Shown piece after piece: positions 53,824 through 63,099 of a stretch of 64,000 nt of DNA. The notes under the pieces are model-generated. The model searched no databases. It saw only the letters and a list, made by a program, of their open reading frames with translations, and was not told where the DNA came from. The position numbers and the translations under genes are program-made. Source of the stretch: Myxococcota bacterium (lineage in GTDB: Bacteria > Myxococcota_A > UBA9042 > PHBI01 > JAWLBL01); assembly GCA_041687695.1 (NCBI GenBank), contig JAWLBL010000027.1:1-64000 (forward strand), given 5' to 3'. Positions within the stretch are counted from its first letter, which is position 1. Each line of letters starts with the position of its first letter.

Positions 53824-54441
53824 TCAAGGCACGGGCGGGCCGGACGGCAGCGGCTCGAGCCCGCCGAGCACGCGCCGGACGACCGCCAGATCCGGCCCGT
53901 CGTCCGAGCGCCCCCAGCGGGTCGTCAGCAGCACCGACAGCGTGGCCTCGCCCGCCGGCAGGAAGGCGGCGTAGGTCCTGCGATGATCCCCCAGCGGGCG
54001 GCCGTACACCCCCAGCCGCGCGGCGCCGAACCCGCGCAGCCCGGTCAGGCGCTCCAGCAGCGCTCGCTCGCAGGCCGCACCCAGATGGCTGGGCCCCAGC
54101 TCCGCGGCCTCCACGGCACGCTTGACCTCCTCGACGCGGTCGGCGCCGGCGAGCGTGCTCCGTCGCAAGACCAGCCGCGACTTGCCGCTCGACGAGACGA
54201 TCTCGACCAACGCGCCCGTGCGCTCGACCTTCCAATCGGCGGGCACCTGCACGACGGCGCCGACCGCCTCGAGCTCCAACCGCTGCCACCCGGGTCCCGG
54301 GCGGAACCCCTCCTGGGGGGCCGAGAGCGGGCAGCCGAAGAGGCGCTCGACCGGCGGGGGCTCGGCCTGGGCCGCCGCGGCGCCCCACAGGACGAGCGCC
54401 AGTGCGACCGGCAGGGCCCTCGCCGCGCGCGCTGCGGTCAC
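53824..54441 (-). CDS. Exported hypothetical protein
   Basis: Signal peptide ending AQA; GTGA overlap with gshB. Confidence 0.6.
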   Translation of the reverse strand: MTAARAARALPVALALVLWGAAAAQAEPPPVERLFGCPLSAPQEGFRPGPGWQRLELEAVGAVVQVPADWKVERTGALVEIVSSSGKSRLVLRRSTLAGADRVEEVKRAVEAAELGPSHLGAACERALLERLTGLRGFGAARLGVYGRPLGDHRRTYAAFLPAGEATLSVLLTTRWGRSDDGPDLAVVRRVLGGLEPLPSGPPVP

Positions 54442-55382
54442 CCGCGCGCCCTCAGGCGGGCCTCGGCGGCGTCGAGGACCATGGCCGCGACCGAGATCCC
54501 CTCGAACGCGTCGAGCTCGTGGATGCCGGTCGGGCTGGTCACGTTGACCTCGGTCAGCTGGTCGCCGATGACGTCGATGCCGACGAAGACCTGCCCCGCC
54601 TCGGCCAGCGCCGGGCCGATGGTCGCGCAGATGACGCGCTCGCGCTCGGTCAGCGTCGTCGGCCGGACGACGGCGCCCACGTGGATGTTGCCGCGGTGAT
54701 CCACGCCCTGCGGGACGCGCAGGATCGCCCCCACCGGCTCGCCCTCGACCAGGATGATGCGCTTGTCGCCGGCCTTGGCCTCCGGCAGGTAGCGCTGCGC
54801 CAGCACCTTGCGCGCGCCGTGCACGGTCGACATCTCGATGATGACGCCGATGTTCGGATCGTCGCGCCGGACGACGAACACGCCCTCGCCGCCGTTGCCG
54901 TCCAGCGGCTTGATGACGATGGCGCCCAGCTCCTCGGCGAAGGCCCGCAGCCGCGCCTCGGACTGGGTGATGAGCGACTCGGGCACCAGCTCGGGGAAGC
55001 GCATCGCCCAGACCTTCTCGCTCATCGCGCGCAGGCCCGCCGGCGCGTTGAGGACCAGCGCGTGCTGGTTGGCGACGTCCAGCAGGTACGTGTTGAAGAC
55101 GTACCCCATGTCGAACGGCGGGTCTTTGCGCATCCAGACGACGTCGACCTCGCCCAGATCCAGGTCGGCCGGCGCCGCGAGCGCGGCGTGCTCGCCCTGC
55201 ACCGGCTTGAGCTGCGCCCCGCGCGCGACCACGCGCGCACGCCCCGCGCGCAGATACAGATCGCCCACCAGGGCGTAGAGCACCTCGTGCCCACGCCGCT
55301 GCGCCTCGAGCATCAGCGCGAAGGTCGAGTCCTTGTCGACGCGGATCCCCTCGATGGGGTCCATCAGGAAGACGTGCCTCAC
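54438..55382 (-). CDS. gshB: Glutathione synthetase
   Basis: FLMDPI...KDSTFALMLEAQRRG, MRKDPPFD, KPLDGNGG, GDKRI, RGNIHVG, TEVNVTSPTG. Confidence 0.96.
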   Translation of the reverse strand: MRHVFLMDPIEGIRVDKDSTFALMLEAQRRGHEVLYALVGDLYLRAGRARVVARGAQLKPVQGEHAALAAPADLDLGEVDVVWMRKDPPFDMGYVFNTYLLDVANQHALVLNAPAGLRAMSEKVWAMRFPELVPESLITQSEARLRAFAEELGAIVIKPLDGNGGEGVFVVRRDDPNIGVIIEMSTVHGARKVLAQRYLPEAKAGDKRIILVEGEPVGAILRVPQGVDHRGNIHVGAVVRPTTLTERERVICATIGPALAEAGQVFVGIDVIGDQLTEVNVTSPTGIHELDAFEGISVAAMVLDAAEARLRARG

Positions 55383-56188
55383 GGGCCGACCCCCTGGTCC
55401 TCGCCGTCGCCGCCCTCGCCTTCCGGCGACGCGCCGCCTTCGCCCTGCTCGCCGTCGACCGGCTCCGCCACGCTCGGCAGATCCCAGCCCCAGCCGACCA
55501 TCATCAGCTCGCGATCGCCGCCCTTGACCCCGATGAGCCGCCCCTTGGGGCCCACCCACACGGTCAGCTGCGGCCCGAGCCCATCGATCGTCCAGGCCTG
55601 CACGGTCGCGGTCTCGCCCTTGGCGGTCCGCGCGGGCCGCGGCTCGCCCCGTGTGGCGGTCGCCGACCCGGTGGTGCCCTTGTCGACGTCCAGGAAGGGA
55701 ACGGTGACGGTCGCCTTGCTGGCGTCGAGCCGCGCGACCCAATGCCACAGGGTCGACCACACGCGCGCGTCCCACACCGCGTGCCCGGCGACGCCCGCCA
55801 GATCCGCCGGCTTGCGCGCGCTGTTGATGCCGACGATGCGCACCCCCTCGCCGCGCAGGAACGCGAACACGCCCTCGCCCTTCCGCTTGTCCTCGAGCCG
55901 CCGGTACTTCTGCAGCGTGCCCTCCGGATCGCGCTGCAGGTGGCCGATGAGCTTGACGCCGCCCTTGGCCGCCGGCTTGACGGTGAACGTCGCGAAGCGC
56001 GTCTTCGTCGGGCTCAGGACGGCCTTGAGGCTCTCGGTCGCGGCCGGCGCCCCGGCCTTGGTCACGGCCCAGCTGGCCTCGTGCTCGACCGTCTCGGCCG
56101 GCGCGTCGCCCGCGTGCGCCATCCCGGCGCCCAGGAGCGTCGCCAGGGTCAGGGCCAAAACCAGGCTCGAACGCTTCCGCAGCGCCAT
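55379..56188 (-). CDS. Exported hypothetical protein
   Basis: Signal peptide ending AHA, GGAGG RBS, GTGA overlap with gshB. Confidence 0.65.
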   Translation of the reverse strand: MALRKRSSLVLALTLATLLGAGMAHAGDAPAETVEHEASWAVTKAGAPAATESLKAVLSPTKTRFATFTVKPAAKGGVKLIGHLQRDPEGTLQKYRRLEDKRKGEGVFAFLRGEGVRIVGINSARKPADLAGVAGHAVWDARVWSTLWHWVARLDASKATVTVPFLDVDKGTTGSATATRGEPRPARTAKGETATVQAWTIDGLGPQLTVWVGPKGRLIGVKGGDRELMMVGWGWDLPSVAEPVDGEQGEGGASPEGEGGDGEDQGVGP

Positions 56189-56306
56189 CCCGTCCTCCAA
56201 GGTCGTCGCGCGGCCGCCAAGCGGCCATTGCGCGTGGGTGTGAACTCCCGTTAGTTTCCCGACCGGGAAGGTGTCAAGGGTGGCGTGTATTCCCCGGAGG
56301 CTCCCG

Positions 56307-57164
56307 GTGCGCTTCAGCAAGTATCACGGTCTCGGCAACGACTTCGTGATCCTCGACGGCGGGCTCGAGGGTGTCGCCACCCCGTCGCGGGCCGACGTCG
56401 TGGCCCTGTGCCGGCGCGGACACGGCATCGGCGCCGACGGCGTCATGCTGGCACGCCCTCCCAGCGACCCCGCGCTGGCCGACCTGCGCATGGAGCTGGT
56501 CAACAGCGACGGCTCCATCCCCGAGATGTGTGGCAACGGGCTGCGCTGCTTCGTCAAGTACGCCGTGGACGCCCTGGGCCATTCGGCCAACCCGCTGCGG
56601 GTCGAGACCAACGGCGGCGTCCTGGCCTGCGTCTGGACGGCCGACGCGGCCGGCGTGCGCACCGTGCGCGTCGACATGGGCCGACCTCGCTTCGAGCGCG
56701 CGAGCGTCCCGGTGCAGGGCGAAGGCCAGGCCGACGAGGTGCAGGTCCCATGCGAGGACCGCGTCTTCGTCGCGACCGGCGTCAACACCGGCAACCCGCA
56801 CATGGTCATCTTCGGCGACGCCACCCTGGACACGGCGCTGCGCTGGGGGCCGCTGTTGACGACGCATCCCATGTGGCCCCAGGGCGCCAACGTCGAGTTC
56901 GCCGACGTCACCGGCCCCGACCACCTGACCGTCACGGTCTGGGAGCGAGGCTGTGGCCTGACGCAGGCTTGCGGCACGGGCGCCACGGCCACCGCGGCGG
57001 CCGCCGTGCGCCGCGGGCTGATGCCGTTCGACGCGCCCATCCGGGTCAGCCTGCCGGGCGGCGATCTGGCGATCACCATCGCCGAGGGCTTCCGCACGGC
57101 CTTCATGGAAGGTCCGGCGACCCTGGTGTACCGCGGCGAGCTGGCGCCGGGCTGGCGAGGCTGA
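56307..57164 (+). CDS. dapF: Diaminopimelate epimerase
   Basis: FSKYHGLGNDF, GIGADG, NSDGS..EMCGNG.RC, GNPH, WERG.G.T.ACGTG. Confidence 0.97.
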   Translation: MRFSKYHGLGNDFVILDGGLEGVATPSRADVVALCRRGHGIGADGVMLARPPSDPALADLRMELVNSDGSIPEMCGNGLRCFVKYAVDALGHSANPLRVETNGGVLACVWTADAAGVRTVRVDMGRPRFERASVPVQGEGQADEVQVPCEDRVFVATGVNTGNPHMVIFGDATLDTALRWGPLLTTHPMWPQGANVEFADVTGPDHLTVTVWERGCGLTQACGTGATATAAAAVRRGLMPFDAPIRVSLPGGDLAITIAEGFRTAFMEGPATLVYRGELAPGWRG

Positions 57165-57300
57165 GGCGAACGCCGCGTCGGCGAGGTCGAGGCGCGGTTC
57201 CGACTGGCGAGGCTGAAGCGCGCCCCGGGCTGGCGCGGCTGAAGGCGTCGCCGCGGCGGCGAGGCTGAGGCGCGCCCCGGGCTGGCGCGGCTGAGGGTGT
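57143..57300 (+). repeat. 26-nt degenerate minisatellite, 6 copies, starting in the dapF 3' end
   Basis: GGCG(A/C)GGCTGA-like core at 57154, 57180, 57206, 57232, 57258, 57284. Confidence 0.8.
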
Positions 57301-57332
57301 CGCCGCCCCCGGGTCGCCGGGCGCCGTGGCTT

Positions 57333-57450
57333 CCGAGGCGTTCGAAACGGAAGAGGCCAGGGCGCTGCCTGGCCTCTCGTCCCGATCACCGAGGCGTTCG
57401 AAACGGAAGAGGCCAGGGCGGTGCCTGGCCTCTCGTCCCGATCACCGAGG
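57333..57450 (-). terminator. Tandemly duplicated 56-nt terminator unit downstream of rplC
   Basis: 57333-57388 and 57389-57444 differ at one base; each has a GAGGCCAGG/CCTGGCCTC stem and a TTCCGTTTCGAA tail on the minus strand. Confidence 0.85.
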
Positions 57451-57456
57451 GTCGGA

Positions 57457-58116
57457 TCAGGGCAGGAACTTCGGCTGCTTGCTGCTGACGCGGGCCGAGA
57501 TGATGGCCCCCTTCGCGCCCGGGACCGCGCCGCGGACGAGCAGCAGGTTCTGCTCCGGGAACACGGCCACCACGGTGATCGCGCGAACGGTGACGCGCTC
57601 GCTGCCGGTGTGACCCGCCATGCGGCGGCCCGGCATCACGCGGCCCGGGTAGGCCGAAGCGCCGATGGAGCCGCCGTGGCGCCGGTACTCGTGCGTACCG
57701 TGCGAGCTCTCCTTGGCGCCCTTGAAGCCGTGGCGCTTGATGACGCCCTGGAATCCCTTGCCTTTGCTGGTGCCGGTGACGTCGACCTTCTGGCCCGGCT
57801 GGAACATGCCGACCGTCAGCTCGTCACCCACCGAGTAGTCGCCGATGAAGTCGTCGGCGACGCGGAACTCCTGGACGTGGCGGCGCGGCTCGAGGTTGAG
57901 GGCGCGGAAGACGCCGGCCTCGGGGCGGGTCAGCTTGTTCGGCTTGATGTCGCCGTAGCCCACCTTGATCGCGTTGTAGCCGTCCTTGCCTTCCTTGGTC
58001 TTGACCTGCAGGACCTGGTTCGGGCCCATCTCCAGCACGGTCACGGGGACCAGGTTGCCCTCCTGGTCGAAGACCTGGGACATCCCGACCTTCTTACCCA
58101 ACAATCCACGAGCCAT
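57457..58116 (-). CDS. rplC: 50S ribosomal protein L3 (stand-alone)
   Basis: GLLGKKVGMSQVF, VPVTVL, VDVTGTSKGKGFQGVIKRHGF, PGRVMPGRRMAGH, LLLVRGAVPG. Confidence 0.98.
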   Translation of the reverse strand: MARGLLGKKVGMSQVFDQEGNLVPVTVLEMGPNQVLQVKTKEGKDGYNAIKVGYGDIKPNKLTRPEAGVFRALNLEPRRHVQEFRVADDFIGDYSVGDELTVGMFQPGQKVDVTGTSKGKGFQGVIKRHGFKGAKESSHGTHEYRRHGGSIGASAYPGRVMPGRRMAGHTGSERVTVRAITVVAVFPEQNLLLVRGAVPGAKGAIISARVSSKQPKFLP

Positions 58117-58243
58117 TGGTGCGTCCTCGGTGCTCCACGGCGCTCGCGCCGATGGTCCATTCCATTCGTCTGCTGCGGCACCGTGCGCCGCCGCGCCTCC
58201 CAGCGCGGTCCGAAGCGCGGCAGCCGGCCGAAGGGAGTGCGGG

Positions 58244-58273
58244 AAGCTAGCAGCGCCCCCGCGACGGTGTCAA
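58244..58273 (-). promoter_or_regulatory. rplC promoter
   Basis: TTGACA-18-(TG)TAGCTT, about 120 nt upstream of the ATG. Confidence 0.6.
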
Positions 58274-58379
58274 TCAAAAGTGGGCCCGGCGTCCGCCGGC
58301 CGGACCGCCCCATGGCGGCCCCCACAACGACGAAGGGGGCCATGAGGGCCCCCTTGCGCGCGCGCCCGCAGGGGGCGAG

Positions 58380-60164
58380 CTACTGCAGCCGCAGCGGGTA
58401 GTTCACCACCATCTGCGGATCCTTGAACTTCGGGAAGTTCAGGGCCTTGAGGGCCGAGACGATGCAGCCCTGCACCTCGGGGGTGGTCCCGCCGGGGTTC
58501 GACACGCGCGCCGACGACACCGAGCCGCTCGACACGATCGTGAACGACGTACCCACGGTCACGCCCCCGGCGACGGGCGGCATCTTCTTGTAGCAGGCCA
58601 GGAACTTGCCGTTGCTGCCGCGCACCGTCTTCTGCACGACCGGGGCGGCGAGGCGCTGCGGCAGCGACTCGTTCGAGCCCGTGTCGGTCTTCGTCTCCTG
58701 CTTGGCCTCCTGGAGGTTCTTGAGCAGGTTGTTGACGTCCTTGGTGTTCTGCTTGTTGTCCACCGTGGGCGTGGGGGTCGGCTTGGGAGCGTCGTCCTTC
58801 TTGGTCTCGGCCTGGGCGGCCTTGGCCTCGCGAAGACGCTTTTCGCGCTCCTTGCGCGCCTTCTCCTTGTCCGGATCCTCGTCCTTCTTGGCGGCGGCCT
58901 GGGGCTCCGCCTCCTTCGCGCCGTCCTTGGCCTCGGCCGCGGCCTCGTCCTTCTTCTCCTCGCCCTCGGCGGCCTTGGGCTCCTCGCCCTTGGGCTCCTC
59001 GGCCTTCGCCGCGGCCGTGGCGGCCTCATCTTTCTTGTCCTCGGGCTTGGGCTCCTCGGTCTTGCCCACCGTCGCCGTCGCCGGCTCGGGCGTCGGCGCG
59101 GGCGCGACCTGCTGCTGCTGCGCGACCGGCGGCTGCTCGCCCTTGTTCTGGCTCATCAGGAACCAGGCCACGCCGCCACCGCCGAGCACGAGCACGATCG
59201 CGGCGATGGCGATCCACGGCCCCGACCCGCCGCTCTTCTTCTGCACGATCGGGACGCTGACGGCCGCGACGTTGGCGCGCGACGGCTGCGACAGCCCCGC
59301 GGTGTTGAGATCGCCGAACGGGTTGTCGTTGCCGCCCTTGCGCTGCGACGAGGCGACGGCGCGGATGTCGATGAGGCCCGAGGACTCGGTGACGAGCGCC
59401 TCGTCCTTGCTCATGCCCTTCTTGTCGCCGCCGCCGAGGTCGTCGAGGCTGAAGAGCACCGAGGAGTCACGGCGCTGGTGCACGTTCGCCGGATCGTCGT
59501 TGGGCGACGGCACGTCGAAGTTGAAGAGATCGTCGTCCTCGGCGGCGGGCGCCGAGGCGGCCGGGGCCGGGGCCGCGGCGACCGGCGCGGGCTCCGCGCT
59601 GGCGGCGAGGGCCGCGAACGGATGATCGTCGGCGTCGTCGACGCTCGACGCCGGGATGGCCTCGTCGCCGAACAGCCCGCCCAGGGGCGCCGACTCGGCC
59701 GGCTCGGGCTCCGGCGCGGCGGCGGGGACCTCGGCGGCGAACGCGGCCTGCGCGGCCAGCAGATCCGCCTGTGACATGTAGGCCGTGTCGGTGTTGTCCT
59801 CGGCCGCGTCGCCCGCGTCCAGGGCCCCGCCGGCGTCGAGCAGATCCTGCAGCTCGGCGACCGACTCGAGCAGGGACCAGTTCGCCATGCCGTTCTGCCA
59901 GACGTAGGTCTGCGCCGTGACCTCGCCGGCCTGCACCAGCCCGGCCAGCGCCTCGCGCGTGATCGGCCCGCGGCGGTCGTTACCGACGGCGTAGTACCAG
60001 ACGGCGTCGTCGCTCGCGCCCGCGTCGCCGCCCTCGCCCACTCCCTTGACGGTCATCATCTCGCCGCAGCTCTTGCAGCGGATCTTGAACGTCTTCCCGG
60101 CGCCCCGGATCTTCTCGTCCGGGATCGAGTACCGGGTATTGCAGGATTCGCACGTGATCTTCAT
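58380..60164 (-). CDS. GltJ/AgmX-like protein (zinc ribbon + GYF_2 + linker + TM + TonB-C-like domain)
   Basis: MKITCESC.TRY.IPDEKI..CKSC, WYYAVG..RGP...TYVWQNGMANW, SVLFSL/SGLIDIRA linker motifs, TM, C-terminal CY....GCIV...FP..VNYP. Confidence 0.8.
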   Translation of the reverse strand: MKITCESCNTRYSIPDEKIRGAGKTFKIRCKSCGEMMTVKGVGEGGDAGASDDAVWYYAVGNDRRGPITREALAGLVQAGEVTAQTYVWQNGMANWSLLESVAELQDLLDAGGALDAGDAAEDNTDTAYMSQADLLAAQAAFAAEVPAAAPEPEPAESAPLGGLFGDEAIPASSVDDADDHPFAALAASAEPAPVAAAPAPAASAPAAEDDDLFNFDVPSPNDDPANVHQRRDSSVLFSLDDLGGGDKKGMSKDEALVTESSGLIDIRAVASSQRKGGNDNPFGDLNTAGLSQPSRANVAAVSVPIVQKKSGGSGPWIAIAAIVLVLGGGGVAWFLMSQNKGEQPPVAQQQQVAPAPTPEPATATVGKTEEPKPEDKKDEAATAAAKAEEPKGEEPKAAEGEEKKDEAAAEAKDGAKEAEPQAAAKKDEDPDKEKARKEREKRLREAKAAQAETKKDDAPKPTPTPTVDNKQNTKDVNNLLKNLQEAKQETKTDTGSNESLPQRLAAPVVQKTVRGSNGKFLACYKKMPPVAGGVTVGTSFTIVSSGSVSSARVSNPGGTTPEVQGCIVSALKALNFPKFKDPQMVVNYPLRLQ

Positions 60165-60439
60165 CGGGCCTCTTCTGCGGGAGCAGGGTCGTCGGTCGCG
60201 TCCGGCGCGCTCGGCTGACGCAAGGTCAGCGCTAATATAGGGGATTGCAACGGTTATCGGCAACCCCGGGCGAGCGCGGAGCCGGTGGCGTCTGGTGGCG
60301 GGCTCGCGGGCCTCCCAACGACGAGTTGACGGGACGGGACCGGGGGCATGGTGTCCCCAGCTTCCAAAGACGAACGGACGCCCGAAACGTCACACCGATC
60401 TATCACGGGCGCTCCCGACGGCCCACCCGTCCGGCCTCG

Positions 60440-61810
60440 TCACGACGCGGCCGAGGTGCCCGGCGGCCGCCCGCGCAGCCGGTGGATGCGCCGCCGCAAC
60501 ATGGCGCGCGCGGTGGGCTCCAGATCGCCGACCACCGTGACCTGCAGCCGCTCGGGCCGCACGAGCCGCGCGCAGGCCGCGCGCACGTCCTCGGGGCTGA
60601 GCCGCATGACGCGCTCGAAGCGCTCGGTCGCGCTCTCGTCGGGCATGTAGACGTGCTGCAGGCCCATCCAGTAGGCCATCGCCGACGCCGAGTCGACCGT
60701 GGTCTCCCAGTCGAAGGCGAAGCGGCGCCGGATGCGCTCCCACTCCTCGGCGCTGGCCTCTAACCGACCGAGATCACCGACGATCTCGACGACGGCGTCG
60801 ACGACCTGGATCACCTTGTCGTGCGACACCGAGGCCTCGACCGTCAGCAGGCTCACCCCGTGATAGGTCTCGAGATCGCTGCCCAGGTGGTAGGCCAGCC
60901 CCTCCTCGTCCACGATCCGCCGCCGCAGCCGCGAGCAGGTCCCGTCGTCGAGCAGCCGGTGCCCCAGCTGCAGCGCCGGGAAGTCCTCGTGGTGCTCGGA
61001 CGGCAGCACCCAGGCGAGCTGCAGGTTCGTCTGGCTGCCGCGCTGGATGACCGACTCGAGGGCCGGCAGATCCGAGCGGACGGACAGCGGCCCCACCTCG
61101 CGCGCCTCGCCCGCCGGCAGCGCCCCGAAGGCCGCCGCGGCCTGCGCCATCACCCGATCGTGGTCGACGGGACCGGCCACCGCCAACACCAGGTTGCGAG
61201 CGGCGTAGTGGCGCTCGTACCACCGGCGGCAGTCGGCGTCGGTGAAGCGCTTGACCAGCTCGATGCGCCCGCCGATCTTCTGGCCGAAGCTGGATCCGGC
61301 GAAAAGGGCCATCTTGGCGACGTTGTCCACGTCGACGTCGCGCCCGGTCTCGTCGATCTCGTCCTGCAGCTCCTCGACGATGACCTGCCGCTCGAGGTCG
61401 ACGTCCTGCAGCAGGTTGCGGCCCATCATCCGGCCGACGAGGTCCAGCACGTCACCGACCGCGTCGGGCCAGCAGGTCGCGTCGAAGGCGCTGTAGTCGC
61501 GCGCGGTCGCCCCGCCGAGCGCCGTCGCCCAGCGCTCGATGGCTGCGTTGAAGGCGTAGGCGGACGGGTAGCCCTCGCACCCACGGAACAGCACGTGCTC
61601 GAGCAGGTGGCTCAGCCCGCTCTCCTCGGGCGCCTCGAAGCGCGACCCGACGCGGACGAACACCGTCACGGCGGCCGCGCGCAGGTGCGGCAGCGCCGAC
61701 GTCAGGACCGTCAGCCCGTTGTCGAGCCGCCCGCGCCGCACGTCTGGCCACCCACACGGGCCCGCGCCGACCGGCCCGACCGTCCCTTGCCCATCGCGTC
61801 GACTATCCAT
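60440..61810 (-). CDS. M16 (pitrilysin-family) metallopeptidase
   Basis: LDNGLTV, VGSRFE, GLSHLLEHVLF (HxxEH). Confidence 0.9.
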   Translation of the reverse strand: MDSRRDGQGTVGPVGAGPCGWPDVRRGRLDNGLTVLTSALPHLRAAAVTVFVRVGSRFEAPEESGLSHLLEHVLFRGCEGYPSAYAFNAAIERWATALGGATARDYSAFDATCWPDAVGDVLDLVGRMMGRNLLQDVDLERQVIVEELQDEIDETGRDVDVDNVAKMALFAGSSFGQKIGGRIELVKRFTDADCRRWYERHYAARNLVLAVAGPVDHDRVMAQAAAAFGALPAGEAREVGPLSVRSDLPALESVIQRGSQTNLQLAWVLPSEHHEDFPALQLGHRLLDDGTCSRLRRRIVDEEGLAYHLGSDLETYHGVSLLTVEASVSHDKVIQVVDAVVEIVGDLGRLEASAEEWERIRRRFAFDWETTVDSASAMAYWMGLQHVYMPDESATERFERVMRLSPEDVRAACARLVRPERLQVTVVGDLEPTARAMLRRRIHRLRGRPPGTSAAS

Positions 61811-61950
61811 ACCTTGCACGTTATACCGTCCTACCGACCACTCGCGACGACTCACTTCGCTCGCCGACGCCGCGGCGCCGACCCCTGCCGGGCAGCGCCG
61901 ACGCGCGCGGCTCGAGCGGCGGACCCATGGGAAAGGGCTCGAACTAGTTC

Positions 61951-63087
61951 ATGACCGCAGAACACGTCAACTCGCGCTCGGTGCTCCCCGCCCTGCCGGA
62001 CGCCCCGGGCGCAGGCGCCGAGCCCGCTCCGCCACCCGCTGTCACCTCGCAGCCCCTGGACCTGACCGCCATGGACGCCCACTCGGTTCGTCTGCTCCTC
62101 ACCGGCGGCTCGGTCGTCGACTGGCGCAGGCTCGCCTTCGAAAGCCCCGACGAGGTCGCGCGATTCCTGGAGGTCAACGGCTACTCGCTCGGCGACCCCG
62201 ACGAGATGGCGCGCTTTTGGGCCCTGCACGCGCGCGCCGTCGGCTACGTCGGCCGCACCTTCGACGTCACCATCCCCGAGCGCGTCCGGCACCCGGCCAG
62301 CGCGCCCGACCTGTTCCTGGCCGCCTCCGGCCCCGAGGGCGTCCTTCAGCGCACGGCGTGCGTTGTCCTCAAGATCATGCACGTCCTGAACCACCTCGAG
62401 GCGCGCCGGCTCGCCTATCTGCTCAGCGTCAGCGAGCGCGAGCTCTTCGAGGCGGCCGCCCGTCGCTTCGGCGCCCACATCGCCCGCATGCGCGAAGGCG
62501 GCCTGCCGCTGCTCGGCTACGAGCAGAGCACCAAGAGCGAGCACAGCCTCATCACCAAGCTGCTGTCCAAGCCGCGGGTCACCGCCGCCCAGATCTTCGA
62601 CAAGCTGCGCTTTCGCCTCATCACCCGCGAGCGCGACGATCTGGTCCCCGTGATGGTCTGGCTCACCCGCCACCTGCTGCCCTTCAGCCAGGTCATCCCC
62701 GGCGAGTCGCACAACACCATCCTGGACGAGGCCGAGCTGACCCACGCGCTCGCGCCCCACGGCGATCTGTCCGAGGTCCTCGCCCCGCGCGCCGGACAGT
62801 CGGTCGTCGCCCCCAGCAACCCGGCGACGGCGCGCGACTTCGGCATGATCAACTTCGTCGTCGATCTGCCCATCCGCGTGCGCTCGCTGTGCCCCGCCAG
62901 CGAGCTCGAGCACCTGTCGACCCTCGGCCACCTGGTCTTCGTCACCCTCGAGCTGCAGCTGTTCGACCGCGAGACCTTCCGCCGCAACACCAAGGGCGAC
63001 GCCAACCACGACGCCTACAAGAACCGCCAGCGGCTCGTCGTGGCCCAGCGCTTGTGGGGCGAAGACGCGCCCGACCTCAAGGCCTGA
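61951..63087 (+). CDS. TIGR04552-like myxobacterial protein
   Basis: RLLLTGGSVVDW.RL, SLITKLL.K, IFDKLRFR, VIPGESHN, FVVDLP.R, H..YK.RQ; family recalled, not searched. The start may be 62071. Confidence 0.6.
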   Translation: MTAEHVNSRSVLPALPDAPGAGAEPAPPPAVTSQPLDLTAMDAHSVRLLLTGGSVVDWRRLAFESPDEVARFLEVNGYSLGDPDEMARFWALHARAVGYVGRTFDVTIPERVRHPASAPDLFLAASGPEGVLQRTACVVLKIMHVLNHLEARRLAYLLSVSERELFEAAARRFGAHIARMREGGLPLLGYEQSTKSEHSLITKLLSKPRVTAAQIFDKLRFRLITRERDDLVPVMVWLTRHLLPFSQVIPGESHNTILDEAELTHALAPHGDLSEVLAPRAGQSVVAPSNPATARDFGMINFVVDLPIRVRSLCPASELEHLSTLGHLVFVTLELQLFDRETFRRNTKGDANHDAYKNRQRLVVAQRLWGEDAPDLKA

Positions 63088-63099
63088 GGCGACGCCGGC

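Noticed and set aside
50447..53974. 1175-aa + strand ORF
   Set aside because: Antisense shadow of the TPR/HEAT gene.
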